A stretch of DNA of 64,000 nt from assembly GCF_009914755.1 (NCBI RefSeq), contig NC_060947.1; one strand, given 5' to 3'. Numbering within the stretch: the first letter of the stretch is position 1; the number at the start of each line of letters is the position of its first letter. Source of the stretch: the human T2T-CHM13v2.0 reference genome, Homo sapiens. This document shows, one piece after another, positions 30,912 through 43,504 of this stretch. The position numbers and the translations under genes are program-made. Under the pieces are notes generated by a model. The model searched no databases. It saw only the letters and a list, made by a program, of their open reading frames with translations, and was not told the DNA's origin.

Positions 30912-32410
30912 GCTCTCCCTCTCCCTCTCCCCACGGTCTCCCTCTCCCTCTCTTTCCACAGTCTCCCTCAGATGCCGAGCCAAAGCTGGACTGTACTGCC
31001 GCCATCTCTGCTCACTGCAACCTCCCTGCCTGATTCTCCTGCCTCAGCCTGCTGAGTGCCTGCGATTGCAGGCGCGCGCTGCCACGCCTGACTGGTTTTC
31101 ATATTTTTTTGGTGGAGACAGGGTTTCACTGTGTTGGCCAGGCTGGTCTCCAGCTCCTAACCGTGAGTGATCTGCCAGCCTCGGCCTCCCGAGGTGCCGG
31201 GATTGCAGATGGAGTCTCGTTCACTCAGTGCTCAATGTTGCCCAGGCTGGAGTGCAGTGGTGTGATCTCGGCTCGCTACAACCTCCACCTCCCAGCTGCC
31301 TGCCTTGGCCTCCCAAAGTGCCGAGATTGCAGCCTCTGCCCGGCCGCCACCCCGTCTGGGAAGTGAAGAGCGTCTCTGCCTGGCCGCCCATCGTCTGGGA
31401 TGTGAGGAGCCCCTCTGCCCGGCTGCCCAGTCTGGGAAGTGAGGAGCGCCTCTTCCTGGCCGCCATCCCGTCTAGGAAGTGAGGAGCATCTCTGCCCAGC
31501 CGCCCATTGTCTGAGATGTGGGGAGCGCCTCTGCCCCGCCACCCTGTCTGGGATGTGAGGAGCTCCTCTGCCCGGCAGCAACCCCGTCTGGGAGGTGAGG
31601 AGTGTCTCTGCCCGGTCACCCCATCTGAGAAGTGAGGAGCCCCTCCGCCCGGCAGCCACCCCGTCCAGGAAGTGAGGAGCGTCTCCGCCCAGCAGCCGCC
31701 CCGTCCGGGAGGTGGGGGGCAGCCCCCGCCCGGCCAGCTGCCCCATCCGGGAGGGAGGTGGGGGGCAGCCCCCGCCCAGCCAGCCACCCCGTCAGGGAGG
31801 GAGGTGGGGGGCACCTCTGCCCGGCCGCCCCTTCTGGGAAGTGAGGAGCCCCTCTGCCCGGCTGCCACCCCGTCTGGGAGGTGTACCCAACAGCTCATTG
31901 AGAACGGGCCATGATGAGGTTGGCGGTTTTGTCAAATAGAAAAGGGGGAAATGTGGGGAAAAGATAGAGAAATCAGATTGTTGCTGTGTCTGTGTAGAAA
32001 GAAGTAGACATAGGAGACTCCATTTTGTTCTGTACTAAGAAAAATTCTTCTGCCTTGGGATGCTGTTGATCTATGACCTTACCCCCAACCCGCTGCTCTC
32101 TGAAACATGTGCTGTGTCCACTCAGGGTTAAATGGATTAAGGGCGGTGCAAGATATGCTTTGTTAAACAGATGCTTGAAGGCAGCATGCTCGTTAAGAGT
32201 CATCACCACTCCCTAATCTCAAGTACCCAGGGACACAAACACTGCAGAAGGCCCCAGGGTCCTTCTGCCTAGGAAAACCAGAGACCTTTGTTCACTTGTT
32301 TATCTGCTGACCTTCCCTCCACTATTGTCCTATGACCCTGCCAAATCCCCCTCTGCGAGAAACACTCAAGAATGATCAATAAAAAATATACATATATATA
32401 TATATATAAG
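30912..32410 (+). mobile_element. SVA retrotransposon (B/C-like), near full length
   Basis: CCCTCT hexamers, Alu-like region, GC-rich VNTR about 31330-31885, SINE-R (HERV-K env/LTR) with aataaa; TSD tatttattgc at 30902-30911 and 32416-32425. Confidence 0.97.
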
Positions 32411-32837
32411 TTATTTATTTATTGCATGGATATACATATTATTTACTCATTTAACAGTTTATGGGCATTTGAATATTCCTATTTTTGACTATGAAGAATA
32501 ATGAGGCTTTAAACATTCATACACAAGTTTTGTGTTGGCATATGTTTTCTTTTTAAATTTCTGTTTTTCAATTCTCAGATATATACCTATGCTGGAATTA
32601 CTGAGTCATATGGTAACTCTGTTGTTAACCTGCTGAGGAATGGCCAGGCTATTTTCCAAAGTGACTTTGCAATTTTATATTCTTACCAGCAGTGCATGAG
32701 GGATCCAATTTATTCATTTTCTGTCTGCTATTATTTATCTTTTAATTACATCTGTCCTAGTTGTAGAGTTTTATGTCATTGAGGTTTTGATTTGTAATTC
32801 CATGATGACTAATAGATGACTAATATTGTTGGGCAAC

Positions 32838-35269
32838 TGATATGGTTTGAATCGTGTCACTGCAAAATCTAATGTTGAAATGGAATCCCCAGTGTTGGAA
32901 GTGGAGCATGTTGGGAAGTGTGTGGATCATGGTGGTATATCTCTCATGAATGACTCAGCATCATCTCCTCAGTGATGAGTGAGTTCACAGGCAATCTGGT
33001 TTCAACGTGTCATTTCTCCCCACTCTTGCTCCTGCTTTTTCCATGTGATGTGACTGCTCCCATTTTGCCTTCTGCCATAAATAAAAGCTCCCTGAGGCCT
33101 ACCCAGAAGCCAGCAGATATTAGCACCATGTTTACTGTACAGCCTGCAGAAACGTGAGCCAATTAAACTTCTTTTCTTGTAAATTACCCAGCCTCATATA
33201 TTTCTTTATAACAATGCAAGAATGGCCTAGCACAGTAAATTGGTAGTGAGGAGGGGGGAATTGCTATAAAGATAACTGAAAATATGGAAGCAACTTTGCA
33301 ACTGGGTAATGGGCACAGGTTGAAAGAGTTTGGAGGGCACAGAAGAACACAGGTAGACAAGGGAAAGTTTGGAACTCCTTAGAGACTGGTTAAATGCTTG
33401 TGACCAAAATACTACTAATAATATGGACAGTGAAGTCCAGGCTGATAAGGTCTCAGACAGAAATGACAAACTTATTAGAAGCTAGAGTGAAGGTAATTCT
33501 TGATATGCCCTAGCAAATAACTTAGCTGTATTGTATTCATGTCCTAGGGATCTGTGGAAATTTGATCTTGAGAGTGAGCACTCAATATATTTGGTGGAAG
33601 AAATGTCAAAGCAGCAAAGCATTCAAGATGTGGCCTGGCTGCTTCTAACAACCTACACTAAGATGTGGAAGCAAAGAAATGACTTAAAGTTGGAATTTAT
33701 ATTTAAACTGGAAGCAGAGCATAAAAGTTTGAAAATTTGCCATCTGGCCATGTGGTAGAAAAAAGAAGCCTATTTTCCAAGGAAACATAAAAGCAGGCTG
33801 TGGAGAAACAATGTGCTCGAGAAATTTGCATAAATAAAAAGGAGCCAAGTGCTAATAGTCAAGACAATGAGAAAAAAACCTTGAAGAATTTTCAGAACTT
33901 TGTGGTGGCTCCTCCCATCAAAGGCTCAGAGGCTTAGAAGGAGAGAATAGTTTTGTAGGCCAGGACTAGGGCCTTGCTGCCCTGCAAAGCTTCAGGAAAC
34001 TGCTCCCCACATCCTGGCCACTCCAGTTCCAGCCACATATCAAAGGGGCACAAATACCATTCAGACCACTGTTTCAGAGGGTGCAAGCCATAGTAAGCCT
34101 TGGCAGCATCCATGTGGTGTTTAGTCTGTTGGATAACAGAATGCAAGAGTGAAGGAAGCTTAGCAGCATTGGCTTGATTTCACCAGATGTATAAAAAAGC
34201 CTGAGTGCCCAAGCAGAAGCCTGCTACAGATGTGGAGCCCTCACAGAGAACCTCTACTAGGGTAGTGCAGAAGAGAAATGTGGAATTGGAGGTCCCCACT
34301 GGGTCAGTGCCTAATGCAGCTGTGAGAAGGGTGTCAACATCCTCCAAACCCTAGAATGGCAAATCCACCAGAAACTTGCACCTCACATCTGGAAAAGCTG
34401 CAGACATTTAATAAACTCTGAAAGCAGCCCTGGGGCAGAGTTGCTGAAGGCCTTGGGAGCCCACGTTTTGCACCAGTGTACCCTTTGTGGTTTTGATTTG
34501 TAATATAGTCAAAAGAGATTATTTTGGAGTTTAAAGATTTAATTACTTTCCTGCTGGGTTTTGAACTTTTGTGAAGCCTGTAGCCCCTTTCTCTTGACTA
34601 ATTTCTCCCTTTTGGATGGGGAACGTTTAACCAATGCATATACCCCCATTGCATCTTGGAAATAAGTAACATATTTTCAATGTTACAGGCTCATAGGCAG
34701 AATAAAATGAGTCTCAGATAACACTTAAAACTTTGGACTTGGTGCTTGAATGAGTTGAGACTTTTAGGGGAGTGTTGGGAAGAGATCTCTGTATTTTGCA
34801 ATGTGAGAAGAACATGAGATTTTGGTGGCCAAGGATAGAATCATATGGTTTGGATTTGTGCCCCTGCCAAATCTCATATTAAAATGTAATCCTCAGTGTT
34901 GAAGGTGGGACCTGGTAGGAGGTGTTTGGAACATGGGGGCATATCCTGTATGAATGGCTCAGCATCATCCCCTGGGTTATAAGTCTGTTCACCCAAGATC
35001 TCATTGTTTAAAGGTGTGGCAACTCCCTTGCACCCTTCCTCCTGTTTTCAACATGTGATGTGCCTGCTCCTGCTTCACCTTTTTTCATGAGTAAAAGCTC
35101 CCTGAGGTTTACCCAAAAATCAAGCAGATGCTGGTGTTGTGTTTCCTGCATAGCCTGTGAACTGTGAGCCAATTAAACATCTTTTTTAAAATAAGTCACT
35201 CAAATAAAATAAAATAAATCATGCACTCTTTGATATTTCTTTATAGCAATGCAAGAAGAGGTGAACACA
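32838..35269 (+). mobile_element. MaLR provirus (MSTA/B-like): 5' LTR 32838-33234, internal 33235-34840, 3' LTR 34841-35269
   Basis: Paired LTRs; internal starts gtaaattggtagtgagg; degenerate TSD gcaac / gcatt. Confidence 0.9.
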
Positions 35270-35409
35270 GCATTCTTTTACATATTTATTGTACTTTTGT
35301 ATATTTCAAATTATATATATGTATATATATACATGTATGTATAAATGTTTAGAGTCTTTTGGAAAAATGTCTATTGATACTTTGCCTATTTTTATTTTCA
35401 TTCGTTAAT

Positions 35410-35770
35410 AAAATTTTAACTTTTATTTTAGACTCAGGGGACACATATGGAGGTTTGTTACCTGGGTATATTGTGTAATGCAGAGGTTTGGGATACAATT
35501 TTTTCTGTTACCCAAGTCCTGCACATAGTACCCAGTAGTTTTTTTAACATTTGTCTGCCTCCATCTCTACCTCACAGTAGTCATCAGTGTCTATTGTTGC
35601 CATCTTTATTTCCCTGAGTTTCCTTTGTTTAGCTCCCACTTATCACTGAGAACACGAAGTATTTGGTTTTCTGTTCTTGCATTAATTCACTTAGACTTAT
35701 AATATCCAGCTGCATCTGTGTTGCTGCAAATGACATGATTTCATTCTTTTTTATGACTGTGTAGTATTCT
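35410..35770 (-). mobile_element. L1PA15/16-like 3' end
   Basis: ttttaacttttattttagactcagggg...ggtttgttacctggg. Confidence 0.75.
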
Positions 35771-37094
35771 TTCTTAGTATGTTTCCGTTTTTAAAATTTT
35801 TTCTACATCCATTATAGGTTTCTGCTTTGTGGCCACCATGAGTCTTGCAAATAACATCTTGTGGTCAATTATTTTGAATTGATGATAACTCAATCACAAA
35901 GAAAAAAAAAAACTAAGAAAATGTAAAATATCCCACTTTGCCCTCCCCAATTCTTGACTTCTGTTGTTCCATTTATGTCATTTTTATTGTCTCTCTATTA
36001 ACACATTATTGTAGTTATTTTTCATAGATTTATCTGTTAGTGTTTCTACTAAAGATATGAGTGGTTTATACAAAACATTTGCAGTCTTAGAGTATTCTTG
36101 CCTGTGTGCTTACTTTTGCTAACATGTTTTATACTTTTAGATTATTTCTAGTTGATCATTAGTATTATTTTCTTTCATAATAAGTAACTCACTTTAGGAT
36201 TTCTTGTAAGAGAGGCCTGGTGTTCATGAAATCTCTCAGCTTTTGTTTGTCTGGGAAAGTATTTCTTCTTCATGTTTGAATAATTTTGCTTATTCTAGGT
36301 TGAAATTTTTTTTCCTTCTGTATCTTGGAATGCCATCCCACTCCCTCTGACCTGTAAGGTTTTCACTGAGAAGTCTCCTGAAAGACATGTTTGAGCTCTT
36401 TGTTATGTTTTCTTTTTCTTCTTCCCTCTTGTCACTTTTAGAATTTTGTTTGTCCTTGACATTTGTGAATGTAATTAGTAAATGCATTGAGGTAGTCTTA
36501 TTTGGGTTAAATCTGCTTATTGTTCTTGATCTCATTGTACCTGCAGATTCATATCTTTCCCTAGGTTTGGAAAGTTTATTATTATTTATTTGAATAAACT
36601 TTCTAATCCCATATTTTCTCTACATCTTCTTTAAGGCCAACAACTTTTTGATTTGTCCTTTGAAGTCTAAAATCTAGATCTTATAAGTGCACTTTGTTCT
36701 TTTTTATTATTTTCTCATTCTCCTTTGACTCTGTATTTAAATATAGCCCATCTTCAAGATCACTAAATCTTTCTGCTTGATCAATTTTGTTGTTGAGACT
36801 GTCCATTTTTTAAAACTTTGTCAATTGAATTTTTCAGCTCCCAAGTTTCTGCTTGTTTTTTAAATCTGTTTGTTAAATTTCTCTAATAGAATTCTGAATT
36901 TATTCCCTTTGTTATTTAGAATTTTGTTGAGCTTCCCTAAACCAGCTATTTTGAATTCCCTCTGAGTGGTTACATATCTATCACTGTAGGATTGGTTGCT
37001 GATGGTTTATTGATTCCATATGGTGAGGTAATGTTTTCCTGCATGTTTTTGATGCTTGCACATGTCAGTTGATGTCTGGGCTTTGAAGAGTTAT

Positions 37095-37281
37095 TGATTT
37101 GGTTTGGCTCTGTGTCCCAATCCAAATCTCATGTCAAATTGTAATCCCTACATGTCAGGGGAGGGACGTGGTGGGAGGTGATTGGATCATGGGGGCAGAT
37201 TTCCCCAATGCTGTTCTAATTATAGTGAGTTCTCAAGAGATCTGATGGTTTAGAAGTGTGGTACTTCCCCCCCACCCCACA

Positions 37282-37312
<31 letters not shown>

Positions 37313-39954
37313 GCCACCATATAAGTTGTGCCTTGCTTCCCTTTCACCTTCCACCATGAATGTAAATTTCCTGAGGCCTCCCTAGTCATGCAGAATTCTG
37401 AGTCAATTAAACCTTTTTTCTTTATAAATTAAACAGTCTCAGGTATTTCTTCATAGCAGTGTGAAAATGGACTAATACAAAAAATTGGTACCAGGAGTAG
37501 GGCACTGTTACAACAATAACAGAAAATGTGGAAGCAACTTTGGAACTGGGTAACAGGCAGAGGGTGAAACATTTTGGAAAGCTCAGAAAAAGACAAGATG
37601 TGGGAAAGTTTGGAACTTCCTAGAAACTTGTGGAATGCTTTGCACAAAAATACTGTTAGTGATATGGACAATGAAGTCCAGGCTGAGATGGTGTCTGATG
37701 GAGATGAGAAACTTATTGGGAACTGGAGCAAAGGCCACTTTTATCATGCTTTAGCAGAGAGACTGGTGCTATTGTGTCCCTGCTCTAGGGATCTGTGCAA
37801 CTTTGAACTTGAGAGAGATGATTTACAATATCTGGTAGAAGAAACTTCTAGGCAGCAAAACATTAAAGAAGTCACCTTGCTGCTCCTAACAGCATACAGT
37901 CATATGGGTTCACAAAAGAGATGGTCTGAAATTGGAACTTATGATTAGAAGAGAATCAGAGCATTTCTGTAGTGATCAGTGATGTTGAGTTTTTTTTTTT
38001 ACATATTCTTTTTGGCCACATAAATGTCTTCTTTTGAGAAGTGTCTAGGATTGTTTGTTTCTTGTAAATTTGTTTAAGTGCCTTGTAGATTCTGGATATT
38101 TGGCCTTTGTCAGATGGAGAGATTGCAAAAATTTCCTCCCATTCTGTAGGTTGTCTGTTTGCTCTGATGATTGTTTTGTTGTGCAGAAGCATTTTAGTTT
38201 AATTAGATACCATCTCACACCAGTCAGAATGGCAATTATTAAAAATTCAAGAAACAATGGATGCTGGAGAGGCTGTGGAGAAAAAGAAATGCTTTTACAC
38301 TGTTGGTGGGAATGTAAATTAGTTCAATCATTGTGGAAGACAGTGGGGTGATTCCTCAAAGACCTAGAACCAGAAATACCATTTGACCCAGCAATCCCAT
38401 TATTAGGTATATACACAAAGGAATATAAATCATGCTATTGTAAAGATACATGCACACATATGTGCATTGCAGCACTATTCCAAATAGCAAAGATATGGAA
38501 TCAACCCAAATGCCCATCAATGATAGACTGGATAAGAAAATGTGGTACATATACACCATGAAATATTATGCAGTCATAAAAAGGAACAAGATGTTGTCAT
38601 TTGCAGGGACATGGATAGAGCCAGAAGCCATTATCCTCAGCAAACTAACACAGGAACAGAAAACCAAACACCAAATGTTCTCACTTATAAGTAGGAGCTG
38701 AACAATGAGAACACATAGAAACAGGGAAGGGAACAACACTCATTGGGGCCTGTTCAGGAAGCAGGGGGAAGGAGAGCATCAGGATAGATAATGCATGTGG
38801 GGCTTAATACCTAGGTGTTGGGTTGATATGTGCAGCAAATCACCAAGGCCCACGTTTACCTGTGTAACAAACCTGCATGTCCTGCACATGTATTCCAGAA
38901 CTTAAAATAATTAAAAAATAACAAATTTAATTTTTTTAATAATGAAAAATGAATCACAGCATAAAAGTTTGAAAATTTTGTACCTTGACTATGTGGTAGA
39001 AAAGAAAAAAAAACACATTTCTAGGGGCCTTGCCTAGTGGAGCTGTGAGTAAAGGGCCACCATATTCCAGAAGAAAGAATGTTAGTTCCAATAACAGCTT
39101 GCACTGTGTGCTTGGAAAAGCCACAGGCACACAATGCCAGTCCTTGAGAGAAGCCATGGGACCTGAGCCCTGAAAAGCCACAGAGGCAGAGCTGCCCAAG
39201 GCCTTGGAAGCCCACCCCTTGCATCAGCATGCCTTGGAGGTGAGACATGGAGTAAAAGGAGATTATTTTGGAGATTTAAGATTTAATGACTGCCCTGCTG
39301 GGTTTCATACTTGCGTGGGGCATGTAACCCCTACAATTTGGCCAATTTATTCCATTTAGAATGGGATTATTTACCCAATGTCTGTGCCTTCATTGTATCT
39401 TGGAAGTAACTAACCTGTTTTTCTACTAATATTTTACAGGCTCATAGGCGGAAGGGACTTGTCTTGTCTCAGATGAGACTTTGGACTTGGACTTTTGAGT
39501 TAATGGTGGAATGAGTTAAGACTTTGGGGGACTACTGAAAATGCATGATTAATTTTGCAGTGGGAAAAGAACATGAGAATTGGGAAAAGCCAGAAGAGGA
39601 ATGATATGGTTTGGCTCTGTGTCCCCATACAAATCTTATGTCAGACTGCAATCCCTACATGTCAGGGCAGGGATATAGTGGCAGGTGGTTGGGTCAAGAG
39701 GGCAGATTTTCCCCATGTTCTCATGATAGCGAGTTCTCATGATATCTGATGGTTTGAAAGTGTGGCGCTTCCCCCCTTGCTCTCTCCTTCCACCACGTAA
39801 GACATGCCTTGCTTCCCCTTTGCCTTCCACCATGATTGTAAGTGTCCTAACACCTACCCAGCCATGTGTAACTGTGAGTCAATTAAACCTCCTTTCTTTA
39901 TAAATTTCCAAGTCTCAGGTAGTTCTGTATAGTGGGTAAAAATGGACTAATACA
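37095..39954 (+). mobile_element. MaLR provirus (THE1D/MSTA-like): 5' LTR 37095-37479, internal (partly deleted), 3' LTR 39602-39954
   Basis: Paired LTRs; internal starts aaaattggtaccaggag; TSD gttat / gttag. Confidence 0.9.
37965..38950 (+). mobile_element. 5'-inverted (twin-primed) L1PA8-13-like insertion
   Basis: Antisense 37965-38208, sense 38205-38950; TSD gaatca(g/c)agcat at 37953-37964 and 38951-38962. Confidence 0.9.
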
Positions 39955-41644
39955 GTTAGGTATTTATTTCAACCCTTTGCTTGTTTGTACTCATCCCTCC
40001 TGAGAGGACTTTCCAAATATTCAAATGGGATTGGGTGTTGTCACCTAAGCCTGTTGTAATTATAGCCATTTCAGCACTAGGGGACAACCTAAGCCCAGGA
40101 ATGCTGTGACTCTTTCACATTCAGATACGTAGCCTTAGTGGTCTTGAAGATAATAATTCTGTCGATTTCCATGTAAAGTCCCTCCTTCCATTCCTCCCAC
40201 TTTCCCCCAATTAGGAGTATCTCTCTATGCTGGGCTGTCTGGAGTTGGGTGAAGGGTGATGCAGGCACTTCCATGGCCTCCACAGGTGGCATTTCACTGT
40301 ATTGCACCTGTAACCCATGGCCTTCCAGACCAGCACAGTACTGGGGCTCAGCCAAGGTCCACAGCCACTACTGCCTGATGGCTGGTGATGTTTATCCAAG
40401 GCCGGAAGACACTTTTTAGCAATATAGTGAATCTTGCCAGAACGGATTCTATCCCAGCAGGACATCAGATTCCCTTTTGGCCTGTGGTGGGTCTAGAAAT
40501 ACCATCCAACAGGGACTTCAGAAATCTCCCTGGTGCTTCTTCTTCTGTAGTTATGCTAATACCCAAGTTGCAAAACAGTGTCAACACCCAAGTTGCAAAA
40601 TAATGTCCTCTGTGCTCTTCCCTCTCCTGCTCCAAAGCAGAAGTAGTCTCTTCCCTTGCTTTACTGCTTAAAGTTGGGTGAGGAGGTGATGCAGGCACTC
40701 CTATGGCCACTGCAGCTGGCATGACACTGGGTTACACCACAAGCCCACTGCTCTGAGATCACTGGAGCACCAGGGATTGCCCAAGGAGTGTAGACACTGT
40801 GGTCTGACTTCCACCCAAATTTATTTGTGTCTCAAGGATACTTTAGTCAGCTAGTGTTGAAGGTGGCTGGGATATAGGTTCATCCTGCTAAGATGGGAGA
40901 TTCCTCCAGGCCCAAGGCTAGTGGAAGTGCTCCCTCTGTAGGCACCAGCTGAATTTTTCATAGTGCTGTCTTCCCCTGTGACATGGAGTTACTGACTTCC
41001 AATGCAAAGTTTTACCCTCATTTTACTTTTTCTCTCCAAGCACACAGATTCTCTCTGTGCTGTGCTACCTTGGGTTGGGTAGGGGTGTTATAGGCAATGC
41101 AAGGCTATCCTTTCTACCCTCTTCAATGCTGCTTCTCCTATCATTTGTTAAAACAAGATGATGTAATTTCTCATCTGGTTTTTGTTTTTGTTTCAGTTTT
41201 GCTGTTGTTTGTCTAGTTGTTTTTTTAATGAAGGGTCTTTTGCATGGATAGTTGTACAATTTGGTGTTCCTGAGGGGAGATGATCACTGGAGTGTTCTAT
41301 TTGGCCATCTTACTCCACATCCTCTCAGAAAAATAAATAAATAAAAAGTTAATGATATCACATTTTATTTATCTGTTCATCTGCTGATGGACAGGCTAAT
41401 TCTGTATCTTGGCTATTGTGAATAATGCTGCAATGAACAGGAAAGTCTAGATATTTATTTGAAATATTGATTTCATTTCCTTTGGAAAAATAGCCAGTAG
41501 TGGGATTGGTGGATAACATGGTATTTTTATTTTTAATTTTTTAGGTAACCTCTATAATGTTTTCCAAAATGGCTACAAATTCCCACCAACAATGTGTAGT
41601 TTCTTTTCTCCACATCAGTTTCAACACTTTTTGTAATCATTCAT

Positions 41645-41647
<3 letters not shown>

Positions 41648-41696
<49 letters not shown>

Positions 41697-41726
41697 TTAT
41701 ATATATATCATCTTTATATATATATA
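41648..41726. repeat. (TA)n microsatellite
   Basis: About 23 perfect TA units followed by interrupted units. Confidence 0.95.
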
Positions 41727-41794
41727 ATAGCCATTGTAATGGACATGAGGTGATATTTCATTGTGGTTTTCATTTGTATTACAACATAAATTAC

Positions 41795-42125
41795 AACATA
41801 GGCTGTACAAAAAGCATGGCATCAGCACCTGCTTTTGGTGAGGGCCTCACAGAAAGTTTCCAATCATGGTGGATGGGGAATAAGAGGCAGCATGTCACAT
41901 GGCAAAAGAGAAAGCAAGGCAGAGAGGAGGAGATATCAGGTTCTTTTTTAACTGACAGGTCTCATGAGAACTAAGAGTGAGAACTCACTCGATCCCATGA
42001 GAATGACACGAAGCCATTCATAAGGCATCTGACCCATAATCCAAACAATTTCAACCATGCTCCACCTCCAACACTGGAAATCAAATTTCAATATGAGATT
42101 TGGAGGTGATGAATATCCAAATTAA
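41795..42125 (-). mobile_element. MaLR LTR fragment (MSTB/MSTC-like)
   Basis: ggctgtacaaaaagcatggc...tcaaatttcaatatgagatttggagg. Confidence 0.75.
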
Positions 42126-42925
42126 GATATTTGGCCCATTTTCTAATCAGGTTGCTTTCTTCTTATTGAATCATATAAATTGCTTATATAGTTTGGACAT
42201 TAACCCCTAACAAGATGTATGGATTGCAAAGACTTTCTTTCATTCTGTAAGTTGTCTCTTCCCTCTGTTGTTTGTTTTCCTGTGCAAACACTTTTAGTTG
42301 GGTTTAATTACAGTTAATTTGCTGTTGTTGCCTGTGCTTTTGTAGTCACATCTAAAAAAAAAAATTCATTGCCAAGGCTAGTATCATGGATCTTTTCCTT
42401 ATGTTTTCTTCTAGTAACTTCAAAGTTCTGATCCTCTGTTTAAGTCTTTAAACCATTTTGAGTTTATTGTTGTATATGGTGTAAGAGAAGGATCTAATTT
42501 CATTCTTCTGCATGCAGATATTTAGCTTCCTCAACATCACTTATTAAAAAGACCATCCTTTATGTTTTGTGGTCTTGGCAACTTTGTTGAAAACCAATTG
42601 ACTGTAAATATGTGGATTTCTTTCTGGGCTCTCTATTTTGTTTTATTGGCCTATGTTCTATTTTTATGCCATTATCATTTTGTTTTCATTACTATAACTT
42701 TGTAGTATATTTTAATATCAGGTAGTGTGATATTTTAGTGTTTTTTTTCCTCAAGGCTGCTTTTCCTATCAGGATCTTTTGTTGTTCCATAAAACCTTTT
42801 TGATTATTTGTGAACATTTTTGTGAATTTTTATTAAAATTTGAATAGAGACTGCAGTAAAACTGTAGATTTCTTTGGGTAGTATGAAAATTTTAATCATA
42901 TTAATTCTTCCAATTCATATTTATT

Positions 42926-43504
42926 GGAAATCTGCCCCCTTGACCCAACCACCTGCCACTATATCCCTGCCATGACACGTAGGGATTGCAGTTTGACATA
43001 AGATTTGTATGGGGACCCAGAACCAAACAATATCATTCCTCTTCTGGCTTTTCACAATTCTCATGTTCTTTTCCCACTGCAAAATTAATCATGCATTTTC
43101 AGTAGTCCCCCAAAGTCTTAACTCATTCCACCATTAACTCAAAAGTCCAAGTCCAAAGTCTCATCTGAGACAAGACAAGTCCCTTCCGCCTATGAGCCTG
43201 TAAAATATTAATAAAAAAACAAGTTAGTTACTTCCAAGATACAATGAAGGCACAGACATTGGGTAAATAATCCCATTCTAAATGGAATAAATTGGCCAAA
43301 TTGTAGGGGTTACATGCCCCACGCAAGTATGAAACCCAGCAGGGCAGTCATTAAATCTTAAAGCTCCAAAATAATCTCCTTTTACTCCATGTCTCACCTC
43401 CAAGGCATGCTGATGCAAGGGGTGGGCTTCCAAGGCCTTGGGCAGCTCTGCCTCTGTGGCTTTTCAGGGCTCAGGTCCCATGGCTTCTCTCAAGGACTGG
43501 CATT
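42926..43504 (-). repeat. Inverted copy of 39133-39712 (MaLR internal / 3' LTR junction)
   Basis: Reverse complement aligns over about 580 bp with about 13 differences by eye. Confidence 0.95.

Larger units (their letters stand above)
30530..35400 (-). mobile_element. L1MB-like 3' fragment interrupted by the SVA and an MST provirus
   Basis: aacttattgagatataattcacatac 3' end; resumes at 32425-32837 and 35270-35400. Confidence 0.7.
35775..41326 (-). mobile_element. Old L1M ORF1 + 5' UTR, interrupted by a THE1D/MSTA provirus
   Basis: ORF1 remnant 36290-36535; GC-richer 5' UTR with repeated units (about 40240 and 40670); terminus ttggccatctt at about 41301-41311. Confidence 0.65.

Noticed and set aside
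31330-31885. GC-rich repeat array resembling CRISPR or a coding repeat, with 150-225 aa ORFs
   Set aside because: SVA VNTR; tandem units with no unique spacers
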